Of a stretch of 64,000 bases of DNA, positions 27,109 to 39,100 are shown in pieces. Numbering within the stretch: the first letter of the stretch is position 1; each line of letters begins with the position of its first letter. Under the pieces are notes generated by a model. It was not told the DNA's origin. It did no database searches and saw nothing but the letters and a program-made list of their open reading frames with translations. The DNA lies in assembly GCA_046563655.1 (NCBI GenBank), contig CM102289.1:8432001-8496000 (forward strand), read 5' to 3'. The translations under genes and the position numbers were made by a program. Source of the DNA: Yuukianura sp. NJ FZ-2021. Taxonomy: Eukaryota.

Positions 27109-30100
27109 AACCAGAAGACACGGTGACATTCTCTGGGAATGGAACGCACAGTGACTTTTTCCGTGTTTTTGTGCGAGATGGAAAGAACATTCTGGTGGGA
27201 GCAAGGTAAACTTTTTCTGTCTAATCAAATGAATTACTTTTCTCCTGGAGTTTTTCTTCTGGAAGAAAAAAGTAAAAGTTTGGGAAGAAAGCCTTAAAAA
27301 GTTCATCAGGCGAAACCTTCCTGCCTCCCCTAACGTTAAACGTGAACGTGTTTTAAATTTTAACGGAGCTACTTTGCTCATTGAATGACTTTGTCCTTAC
27401 AGTGTTTGTCTTTGGAGCCTAAATGCATTTTGTAGTAGTTTGATCGATCTTGCATTTCTGTACTAAAATTTCCATTTCTTGTGAACTTTACACTTGGAAA
27501 CTGCAGAATTAAGTTGAAAATGTAAATGGAGTGGTTGGTTTAACTCAAATTTCAACGTAGCCAGGGGAAATTTGGACCTAACTGGTGGAAATTTTGTTTG
27601 CTGTGAAGATTTTACGGTGGCGTTGACTGTTTGAAGGGGGAAAATCGGTTCTTAGAACAAAGGTTTTTAGATCTTGTCGCCTGATTACAAAGTGTGTGTT
27701 GAAAGAGGCTGGTGGTGGGGTGGAATCATTCCATAAATTAGGAATAACGGTGTGGCCAGAATTATAAAGATGTCAGTTGTCCCGGGGATTAGACTAACAT
27801 TCAGCTGCTGGAAAAAGTTATGTTAGGCTAACATTGTTACGTTAAGTTGTCTCTAGCTCAAAGACTAACACCATTTAGTCTTACGGTGAAGTTAAAGCTT
27901 GGTGAGAGAGGAAGAATCACTATTAGGGAGAGGAGACACTTTTGGATGTTCGCTTTTCAAGAACAAGATTTGTAGTTTGATTCGTATCAGTTGATTGGAT
28001 GGGGCTGGAAAAGGAAGGAAGTTTTGGTCCCTCTTCGGTTTTTCTTGATGTTGGCTCTAATTTTGAAAATTGTCTTTTCGAAAATCCTAATGGTTCGATA
28101 CTAATTTTCGATTTTTTGTGTTTTTTCAGGAACGTTGTTTACAATTTGACAATTACTGGACTCAAGATCAACCACGTAAGTTTCTGGAACGATTTATCTT
28201 CTTGTAGACAGTCTGCGCTGGGAGTAGAAAAATCAAAGTCGAACGTAACATGTTGGCGTTTCGAATAGGATTAGATTCAGGTTGCTACGAAAACAGGAAG
28301 GTTAGGTTTTGTTAAGGTTAGCCTATGTTTTGTTATGGTAGGTGACATGGGAAGATAGAACGATGGAACTTGACAGAAGGAAATTGTTGAGATTGACTAA
28401 ACAGTGAAAAGTGACTGACTGACTGCGGCGTGTACAGGGAGTTATTTATTTTGGGTTGAGTTTTTGAAAGTTTCGTCACGCCCTGAGTATGTGCTGCTGC
28501 CTTTGGACGAAGGCAGTGAAAAAAGATAGACAGGACGAGGAACGTGATGGTGGTGGAGATTGGGAATGTGGGACTTCCACTTTGGTGGGTCGCTGGGAAA
28601 CTGGTGGGACTTGGATGAGGTGAAAGTGGGAATGGGATTCTGGGGTTAGTAGATTGGAAATGAGCGTGGGTTTTTTTTAGTGGGGCGGAGAAAACATTTT
28701 TGAGAGTGGAGAAAACACGGGAGAAAAAGAAGAATCTTGAGAAAAATCTAATTTGTCAACTCCACGTACGGAGGAGACAAATGGGTCCCTACAGGAAGGT
28801 TTGACTTTTCTCCTCCGTTTTCTTTATCGGACGGAAATGATTAGAAGAGGAAGTCAAGGGGAAGAACAAGTCTAAACTTAACCTAACATCCAGAAGTTTT
28901 TTGGAAATACTACTTAGGATGTGTGGGGGAACAAAGAGAAAAGTGAAGTTATGGACAGAAAGCAAAAAGAAAGTAAAAGAAACCAAGATTTCCTTCCGGG
29001 ATGATCATGATGATGCCCGGGGAAAGTGAAAGCTAAAGAGAAAGCAAGATAGGCGTGATTTTTGTTTTTTCTAATTTGTTTTTTCTTGGAACAAGTTTTA
29101 TGATTAAAGTTAGGAAGTTGGGTAGCACCGCCGCGGCGCAAGATTCTCACCTTGGACAGTGATTAATATCGACAACTTGAGCCGTTTTTTGCAAAGAGAA
29201 GCAGGTCACACGTGACTTGCATCGCACATTTTGAAAAACGAGAGCGGTCAAAAGGTTACAATTTTTTTGCCTTTTCGTGGAATCTGTCGTGTCACGTTGG
29301 ATTTTGAATTGGGTGACACATTAAACGGCTAATTCCAGGAGCAGAGAAAGTTATGTCTTTGTGACACATTCAACTTTTCCAAAAGGTTGGGTTACATGAG
29401 CACTTAAATTGAAAATGTTACGAGCTGAATCATTTCGTTTTTTCATTTTTTTAGTTTTCGTAGAAATGGAGCATAAAAGCAAGGAGAAAGCGACTAGGCG
29501 ATTGCTTTTTACTTTATACGACTGTTTTTATAACGTAAAACGGAGAAAGTTAGTTTGTTCAAGACTACTTTTTTTTTGCAAAGTTAGATAGGTAAGAGGC
29601 GGAAATATGTACGTTTTTGGATGTAACTTGGAGTGGACTCATTTTTAATTCATTGACGCTAGGGATATGCAGAAAAGTTTAGAAAAGTGAACTTAACTAA
29701 AAGTTTACATCTTGTGCATTTTGAACGTTCACTGCAAGGTAGAGTTTAGACTTTTGACTTTTGAGTGAAATTGGAAATGGCGGGAAAGCATCATCGATAG
29801 ACAAAATGGAATTCGCGAGTATGACATTATGACAAAGTAGGTCATGAGGTTAGTTTTAGAATTTTGGAGTTTGTTTAGACTTTGTTTAGCTCTTCTAAAG
29901 TCTAAAACTGTCAAAACCAGAAATCCTGGAGGGATTTGAAGTGAAAAGTGGAGAGTTCCAAAACTTTTAATGATTGATGCTTGAAAGAGGAGGAGAAAGT
30001 GGATTGATTCCTGTAAAATCATAGTTGATTGTTTTGTTTTTTTCTGACTTTCTACAGAAACTGGAGTGGTACTCTGAAGAGGAAGACGTTCAAATGTGCT

Positions 30101-33100
30101 TCACCAAAGGGAAGGATACGGTAAGATTTCTCGCCAAAAACTAACATTTCTAGCTTAACGTAAGATTTCTCTGAGAAACCTAACATTTCCAGTCTAACTT
30201 AAGATTTCCTTCCAAAACCTAAGATTTCTTTTACGCTCTTCACTTTCCTGAAGTGTTAGATTCTGTTTAAGGATGAAGTGTTGTGTTTTGTCTGGTAAGA
30301 AAAAGAAATGGCGGGAGAAAGGAACGCAGGATGAGTAATTCAAACCTGGCAAGAGACTTTCTCCTGTCCAGGGGGACTTGACATAAGTAGGAACCTTGTC
30401 TCATGTCTTTTGTTCTTGAGGAGAATGACACTGAATGACATGGTTCATGTCTTGGAAGGTGTGGATTTTGTGTGTACTTGCCAAAAAAGAGAAAGCGAAA
30501 GTCTCATTTCTTTTGTTATGTCGTAAATAGGAGAGTTGCCAAAACTACATTCGAGTGCTGAGTGTAGTGGATCCAGGGAAGATCCTCGTCTGTGGTACAA
30601 ATGCCTATAAGCCCAAGTGTGGCTACTACCAACTGAGCCCGAGTGGACACTACTACTTGGTTGGAGACCGGAAATCGGGCCAAGGGATTTGTCCATATGA
30701 TCCCAAGCACAACAGCACTTCAACCGTGGTCGGTAAGTTGAAAAAAAACAACTATCAGCTAAAGGGAAAATTTTAGTTTTGACTACCGTATTTCCTTGCT
30801 TATAATTCGCAGATTAAAGCCGATTTCCAAACAATTCCGCATGATTGTGAAGGTTTTAGGACAAACAAAAATAATATTTTGTTAAATAATTTTTTGTTCC
30901 AGATTTTTCTTGTATTTAGTAACACATATTCGCGTACATATTTAGTTCAAGTCCCTATTTCCTTTTGTCTATAATGCACGTATTATCTGAAAAACTACGG
31001 AAAAATTTGGAACGAATAGTTTTTAATTTATTATTTGACCTAAAAGCTTAACAATTTTTGTTAATCTCGGAATTTGTTCGGAAATCTGCTTTACTCTGCG
31101 AATTATGGGCGAGGAAATACGGTATTCTTCAATTTCTTTTTGGCGGGAGCGAATTTTCGCGAATTTCAATTGATTCTGTGGGGAATTTAATTTTGGTAAA
31201 ATACTGGTGCATTTTATTTTGTAATTTTTCACTTGTTTGACTAGAAATAGTACTTTTTGTTTCGTTTTTAATTTTTTCGGTAGTTTTTAATGAATTTTTG
31301 GAGTTGGAGATTATACGGGACGAAGTTAAATTGGAAAAGAAAAGAATAATGGGAGGATATGAAAAATGAGCGAGAAAGAGAGGGGAATCAGGACGCGCTT
31401 GATGGTTAGGGAAGATGAAAATTTGGGAAGTTTATAAATTCGAGTGGGTTTTTCGGAGGGTGGGATAGGTTTTGGGGGGGGGATGTGGAATGGGAGTGGG
31501 ACTGAGGGGAGATGCAGTGGTTTTGAGGACCATTTTGAAGAGGTTTTGGTTCATGTTTGGTGGACCATGATGCTGGAGCTGAGAATGACTCATCGCAGTT
31601 ATTCGTTAACCAAAATCTCATTGTTCCACTTTCCTTACTTTCTTCTTGTTAATTGCAAATGAATGATTCTCAAAGATTATACTAATTCAGTAGTACTCTG
31701 CTTTTGCCGCTGTTATCGACTGCATTCGGTAGCCGACCCACCACCGTTTGATTGTTTTCAAGAATGGATTCGGCACGTGCCGAAACAATGGGCGGCAAAA
31801 ACCGGGCACTTCTGTTCAATCTATTTCCAATTTCGGTTTGTGCATAAAATTTCGAAAGTTTTGTTTTGATCAGATCATCAGATCTTTTGAAGTTTTTGTT
31901 TCAGTTTCCCGCCTTTTTCTTGAGTCAGTTACCGAAATCGGCCCAATTATGGTGGAAACGTAATCTCGTGGCTTTGGTCATTGGTGAAAGTGGGGAGTGG
32001 TGGGCAATGGGGAGGGTTCAGTTTTTGTTCCCCGTGAGGGCTATTAGAACAAGTTGACTTTTGGGGTAAAGGTGAATGAAGCGAGAAGGCTTTTGGCCAT
32101 TATCTCAATTTGGCTTGAGGGAGAAAGTGAAAGGGCTGCGCTGCTGGAATTGGATTTTTTTTGGTCTGATCAAAAGAAAAGAATGGAGAAAAGCCTCTCT
32201 TTTTGTGTGTAACGGGATTGATTGAGTAACGAGGGTCGACCAAAGTCACGTTTTGACCCTATAATACTTGTATGGCAGACTAGAAAAGTGATGAGTTTGG
32301 CACTTCTGGACACTAGAAAAGGAGTTCCCCACCAGATGAAATGAAGGGGGCGGGGGAAAATGAGGGAGAGAGAAGATCTTTGTGGAGGGAGTTGATGAGA
32401 TGTGATTTAAGTTTTCCTGGTGAGTCAAAATAATGATTATGATGATGACGACGGAAGGGTGTGCGGAAGTTAGGGCGTTAAGTTAAGGGACGGAGGAACG
32501 ATTCAAGCCTGGAGTATTCTCTTTTTTGGAAAGGGCTCCTACACAGCGGGAACGGGGCGGGAGTCCGAAGGGCTTACTTTCGCTAAAATGCACTTGAAGG
32601 GTATTAAGAAAATGGGTGGAGGGGGCGGGTGCTGTTATAATACTTTTGACATTTTGACTTTCTTTTGTCTGTTTTCAGATGGAGCAGTGTATGCTGGGAC
32701 GGTGGCAGACTTTACTGAAGTTGATCCCTTGATTCACCGATGGGATTCATTGAGAACGACGCAGTATGATCTCAAGTATCTCAATGGTAAACAGTACTTT
32801 ACTCTCAGCGTTCAGCGTTTTAGTTGACTTGCGCTTCAGCGATTCTTCAAGTGCTTTTTAGCTGCTAAAAGTGGAGAGAAAGCTATCAGACGAAACCTGA
32901 AATTTTGAAATGATGGATGAATGAATTTATGAATTTCAGTAGAATTCAAAATTTCTGTTGTCTCAAAATTTGACTTGAAGTCTGTTAATGTATTTGGAGA
33001 AAAGCTTTTTAGAAAAGCAGTTTTAATTCCTCGGAAGCCTTAAAGTCCCAAAGTGTTCCTGCTGAGCGCTGATTTTTTGTTTCTGAGGAAGCGAAAAGCG

Positions 33101-36100
33101 ATGGAAGCGACCAGCTATAGCTCATTTCTTGGTTTTAATTTTAAGAGTGAGAGGGAGAAAGTGCATAATAAAGAGCAAAGGCTCCTCTGAATTAAAATTG
33201 TATCACTTTTCATAATGGGGATTAGACAAGCATGGAAAGTGGAAAAGACTGGAGGAGGCTCGGGGTGCTGGAATACTTGCCCAGCATTTGTCTGCTCTCC
33301 TAACTTCAATCTGATACTCTGAAATGGAATTCTTAATGAGCCTAGTGTCTTGTTGGAGAAACGGAACTCCTGCCAACTTCAGTATAATTGTATTGTTTCC
33401 TTTCTCAATTCATATAATAATGTTTCCGCCTATTGTTACATTTTCTCTACATACACATTTCCTACTGCTCTTCAAAGTTCCTCCACTTGCGGAAGATTAA
33501 AGTACTAAGATTAGTTTTGAAGGAGGCGCTGGGAGCTGTGCTAACACAGTAGTTTTAGTAATTATAATGAATTTTCATTTCTTTTCTTCTCTTTTTGTAG
33601 CTCCGAACTTTGTGAGCTCAATGCAATATGGTGACTTTGTCTTCTTCTTCTTCCGTGAAACGAGTCAGGAGTTTACAAACTGCGGAAAGGTAAGAAAACA
33701 AGAAACAAAATGCCGAAAGTTAGGCTAACTTAGGTTACTTTCTCCTGGAAAACTTATTCTACGGTAACTTTTCCAGGAATGGGGACTGTAGTATGTTCCT
33801 GGAGAAAAGACAAGGAAGATGACAGTAAAAGTAATGAGGTTCTTGGGTTAACTGATCTTAGAGCACAAGGACTGAGAGAAAGTGTGCTGCGTGGCTTTAC
33901 CTTTTGTTTTCTGAAGGCTGTTGGGCATGGAGAAAGCAAGGGGAAAGTTTACCTTCATAATTTAAGTGCGGAGGCTTGATTAGTGGCCGGAGAAGGGCGT
34001 GGTCTGGAAATTAAGAATTCTAACATTTTGTGAACATAAAAACCTGTTAAGGTTGTTGGCTGCAGAGTAATTTATGGACTTGGGAGAGACTCAACGAGCG
34101 CAGAGAGGTAATCGATTGAGCCGTCAGAAGCAGTTTGTGACCTTTAAAAAAATGAATTTAGAGACTAAAATGGAATTTTTGGAAAAATGAAGATGAACTG
34201 GATATGCATCTCTGGTTCAAGCAAAATGCTTAGAGTTTAATGCTCTGCTTGTTCCTTGATGAGTTAACGCTTGGAGCGAAACGCTTTACTAAGAAGGATA
34301 TAAGTCGATTTTGAAAATGGCAGGCGGGATAACGTATGAAGTTTGTAAATCGATGGGCGGTGCTGTCCGGAACTTAAGAAAAGTTAAGCGGTGATTTAGA
34401 GCGAAAAAGGCGCGAAATGTTGGCCTAATTTTGGGATTTGAGTTTTGGCTTAGCAGAGTTGGAGAAAGTTGGACATGAAAGGAAATGGCGACAAAGGTTT
34501 GAGAAATTTTGCTTAACTTTTGCTTTGTTTTTCTCTTTTTGCGACCAAACTGTCGCAAAAACTGAAAAACAAACCAAATGTTTTTGCTTAAAACAGAGTT
34601 TTGATGAAAAGTTGGGTTAGTTTTTGTTATGTTTTTGTCTAGTCGGAGCTAGATGTTTTAATATTGGAGAAAGTTGTGAAAAGGGATCGTCGTTTTCGCA
34701 GAGATATGAATTGGACAGGTTTATGAAAGGAAATAAGGTAAAATGATATGAAGGTTTGTGCTATGTGATAAAGCGGAGGAGGATTTTGAGCCATGGAGAA
34801 AGTAGTAAATAAGGATTTATGAAAGCGGGAGCCTTTATTTGGAGAGACTGCTTTCACTTTCAGTGTATACAACGTTGAAGATGGGTAGAAATCGGTGGAA
34901 AAGCAGGAGACAGCAAGTCTTTTGCTTTCTCCTGCCCTTATTATTCCTTATCCGATCTTCTTTTTTCTAATAACATGTTTTTTTTTCTTTTCATGAACGT
35001 GCTCATCAACGGTCCAGGCGGTCTACAGTCGTGTGGGACGCGTTTGTAAAGGTGACAGAGGCTTTCCGCGCGGGAGTCAAAAAAATCGATGGACGACTTT
35101 TTTCAAAGCTCGTCTCAACTGCTCCATCCCTGGAGAGTTTCCTTTTCCTTTCGATGAAATACGTAAGTGCTTTCTCTTTTGTACTTGGAGTATAGTATAC
35201 ACAGTGGTAAAGCTAAAGAAAACCTTTGTCTTTTGTTCCATCTCCTATGTATACATATCTTGTGAAGCAGCAAAAGAGAAAGTCTATTGTTGTTGTTGTG
35301 TTTGGAGTATGTGGGGAATGTTAGGTTTTTGAATTTTGCCGCCTCTACTAGTTTTCAGTACTGGTTGTGTATACAGTGACTCCTTTATTATAGATAAGAA
35401 CACGAAAGTTGTGTCAAGGGGACACTTACTAAGGGAACGGAGGTAGTGTCTGATGGTTTTCAAATTCAAAAGTTCCCGCGTTTTCTTCCTGCTCCTCTGT
35501 TCGATTCGGTGGGTTAAGTTAAAGTTTGGGCTTTAAGGAGGAGAGAAACGAACTTTGTTGGAATGGATATGATACGATTTCCTATGGATTTTACATTTTA
35601 AACTTCCTGTTTTCGAAGAAATCTAAAGAAACTTTCACTTACCTTTCACCTTGTGACTTTCGAGTTTTCAGTGCTAGGAGAAGCGGATTAGGAAACGGAT
35701 ACTCTAGGAATAAAGTTTATGGTGTCAAAGTTCAAGTAGAGACATCCACTGAACAATTTTATGCTCAATTTCTTTGATATAAAAGTTCAAAAACGGGAAA
35801 ATCAATATGTATAGGGTTACAGTGTCTAAAAAAAAGTTGGAATTTTAGTTAGAAAAAAAGCGTAAGTTTTTTGATTTTAAGTTTTTGAGTAAAAGTGAAA
35901 TTGGATTCATTTGAGTCAATGCCAAGACAAAGTTTGAAGTGGGTTCTGCCTTTGTAATTAAAATGAAGGGCTGGCGCTTCTCTATGCTTAGAAAATGCAT
36001 AGATGCAATGGTTGTGCTGCTCACTTAATTAAAGATGAAAATCCGGAAGGAGGGGAAAGTCAAAAGAATTTCTTTTTCAACTTTTTAGTAAATGAAGTTC

Positions 36101-39100
36101 TTGGAATTTTAAAAAAGAGAAAGTTTCGTTTGAAGAGTTCCCAGAAACCTTTGATTTTTAAGTTTGACCATGAAAGGAAACGGAGGATGTAGACACAATG
36201 GAAGTTAGTTGCAGTGTCGTTGTGAACTAAAGAAAACATGGCAACGGGAGTAGAGACTTTAATATTAAGCCGGGAGCCTTTGTGGGTGAAAGGACAGAGA
36301 ATGTAGTCGGTTTCATGAAATGTTGATGAAGAGCTTGCAGAACCTAAAACCTAGCGTTTTGTGCACTTTTGTTGAACAGAGTCGATGTCAGTGATGCTGC
36401 CGGCGTCTCAACTGGGCTCAGAAGTGGTCTATGGCGTCTTCACCACGGGAACCAATAGTCTCACTGGATCTGCCGTCTGTGCTTTCAAAATGAGAGACAT
36501 TCTGGACGTGTTTGATGGTTCGTTCAAGGTAAAAACGGCACTTTATAAATAACTTCAAACAGCCCAAAAATGGCGTCTCTAGTCAACAAATTTTTCATAA
36601 AGAACGAAATGTGCAAAAAAGAAGAATTCCGAGAATTAATTTTGCTTTGTTTGACTCAGGCGCAGGAGAAGGAGAAAATGCAATGGCTTCCGGTTCCGTC
36701 TGCCAAGGTTAGTCCTTTTGTGTACTAAATTATTAATGTTGTTGGGCACTTTAGCACCACCGACGTTAGACTTCTGGAAGTGCTAGAAATGTAGTTGCTA
36801 ATTCAAAACAGCCGCAACAACCAACAACAGATGCTGTGAGGCTTAAGACAAGCATAAACATTCTTGTCTTACAATGCGAAGCATAATGAAATGGAAAGCG
36901 CGAGAAGATTTTTAGTGCTAAACTGGAACTGCTTTCGTTTATGTCCACGCAGTTTCTAAAGTTGAGTTTTGCACGTTTCGAGGAAAAATCGGCGTTCAGC
37001 GTTTTTTTTTTTGTGAAAAAGTTTTGCTGAGTTTATGTTTGTTAAGGAGAGAAGAAAGGCCTAGGAACTTTGTCACTGGAGTGAAGATGACAGTTTTATT
37101 GATTTTCAATGTAGGGATAAAGGACTAACGATAAGTATAGGCTATTGTTGAGTGATGATGTAGCTGATTATCCGTATCGTGTGTCGTGTTCTATTGTGTA
37201 TAGAATTGAAAAAGATTATAGGTGTCCTCACGATTACGGTCGTCAAGCACATACTTGACATTATGACGGAATTGGCTGAAATTGAAAAACAAATTTTGAA
37301 AAGATTAAATTCGATTGGATTTTGTACTTTAGAAAAATGGGACGAGTTTTTTTTTTTAGAACTTACTCGGTCTCCGCAATTTACATTGTCTTTAAAGTCG
37401 CAAACGGCGACTTCAATTCTAAAGTAGAGATCTGGTGGGCAGTGCTGTATGAAACATAATTTTGGTTGAAAACTTGATGTAAAATGTGTGTAAAATTGAT
37501 GGCTGAACTACTAATTTTTTGTTTGGTTTACCATCAAAGTTGGAATGTAGTTTGCGCAATTGTAATATGAAGTACAATCATTTGGATTTGCGTATAGTCC
37601 GTCGGCCGTTGGACACTCGAAGTCATCTCCAGGTTCACCAGGCGTAGTTGTTTCTGGATTATCTGGATATTCGGAAGGTCGTTGACGAGTACCGCAGTCA
37701 ACTTGTTCCTCCCAATTGCATCCGTCGTAAGTGAGGTCAAATAGTTGACGTTCTGGGCATTCTTTCAACGTTGCAACATATTCGAAGCATTCGTAGTAGA
37801 GTTCGCAGAATTCGTCATGTGGGTAGGCTCCACCGGCTGCTGGGCATTCGAAATCTCCTGGATCTTCGGTGGGTTCTGGCTCCTCAGTAGGATCGGGGTT
37901 TGACGGAACGCGATGACCGCAGTCAACTAAGTAATCCCAGTTGCATCCGTCGTATTTCAAGTCGAAAAACATGTCAGCGTCACACTGCTCCAGAGTGGAA
38001 ACATTCTCGACGCAGAGGTAGTAGTAGTCGCAGTACACTTCATGCGGAAAAGCGCCTCCTGGTGTTGGGCATTCGAATTCTCCTGGTTCTCCGGTGGGTT
38101 CTGGTTCCTCTGTAGTTTCGGGGTCTGATGGAACTCTGGTGCCGCAGTCGACTAGGTAATCCCAGTTGCATCCATCGTATTTCAAGTCAAAGTACTGATC
38201 TTTTGGACACTTCTGCAGTGTGGCGTTATATTCGACGCAGAGGTAGTAGTAGTCGCAGTATTCTTCATGTGGGTAAGCTCCTCCTGGTGCCGGGCATTCG
38301 AATTCTTCGCTACCTGGACATTAAAATTGAAGAATTTGGAAATTTATGCTTACGAGTTTTTGAGAAAATGTAATTCAGTTTTTAATTTTTAGGAAAACAT
38401 ACCTCGGACCAAGGCCACGGTGGCCAGTAGAACCAAAAATCCAATTTTGTTCATTTTTTTAGCAAAGATGCACGTAGGATAACGTGTGATTGTTTGACGT
38501 CTATAATTGACCACCTTATAAGCGGTTTGTGCAGCTAATCTAATCAAATTAAAATTATTTTTGGGATTTGGATTTCTATCTTGATCCGAAATTTGCGTTT
38601 TGGATTGTCCTTTCAGTTTTTTGTTGACGTAGGAGATAACTTTGATGTATGAAATTGACACCGAAATGTCAATCTTTTGAAGTGTTTGGAACAATTGGAG
38701 TGTGTTTCAATTTAATCTCTAAATCCATGTTTTTTTTAGCTTCATCCCTCGATTACGACGATATTTCATTTGAACAATTTCCTGTGTTCTGGGAATCTAA
38801 CAATGCCGAATTCTGAATGTTCTAAAGTGAAAAGTAAGATGCCTTATTAGCGGGAAAACAGTTTAGCCTTGATCTATTTTGAACTGGTTGGACAATGAGT
38901 TACAACGGGTGGACGTTTAAACACAGAAAATATGAAAGTTCGCAAGTATTTTTGGACTTTTGAACTACAAACTTTCCTTGACTTGTTGAAAATACTTTTA
39001 ACTCATCGTAATGAAAACTTATGCGTCGTAAAAGTATTAAAGCTGACTTTTTAATGAAAATTACAAAGCGGGTTCTGGTGTGTACACATCCAAGAACTGG

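Noticed and set aside
8610..33740. Scattered TTAGG/CCTAA runs (e.g. ~18008, ~21872, ~22133) as interstitial telomere
   Set aside because: Only 2-3 units at a time and dispersed; consistent with common arthropod micro-repeats, not a telomeric array.
37900..38373. Two similar plus-strand ORFs (37900-38115, 38128-38373)
   Set aside because: They are antisense shadows of the repeated chitin-binding modules on the minus strand.
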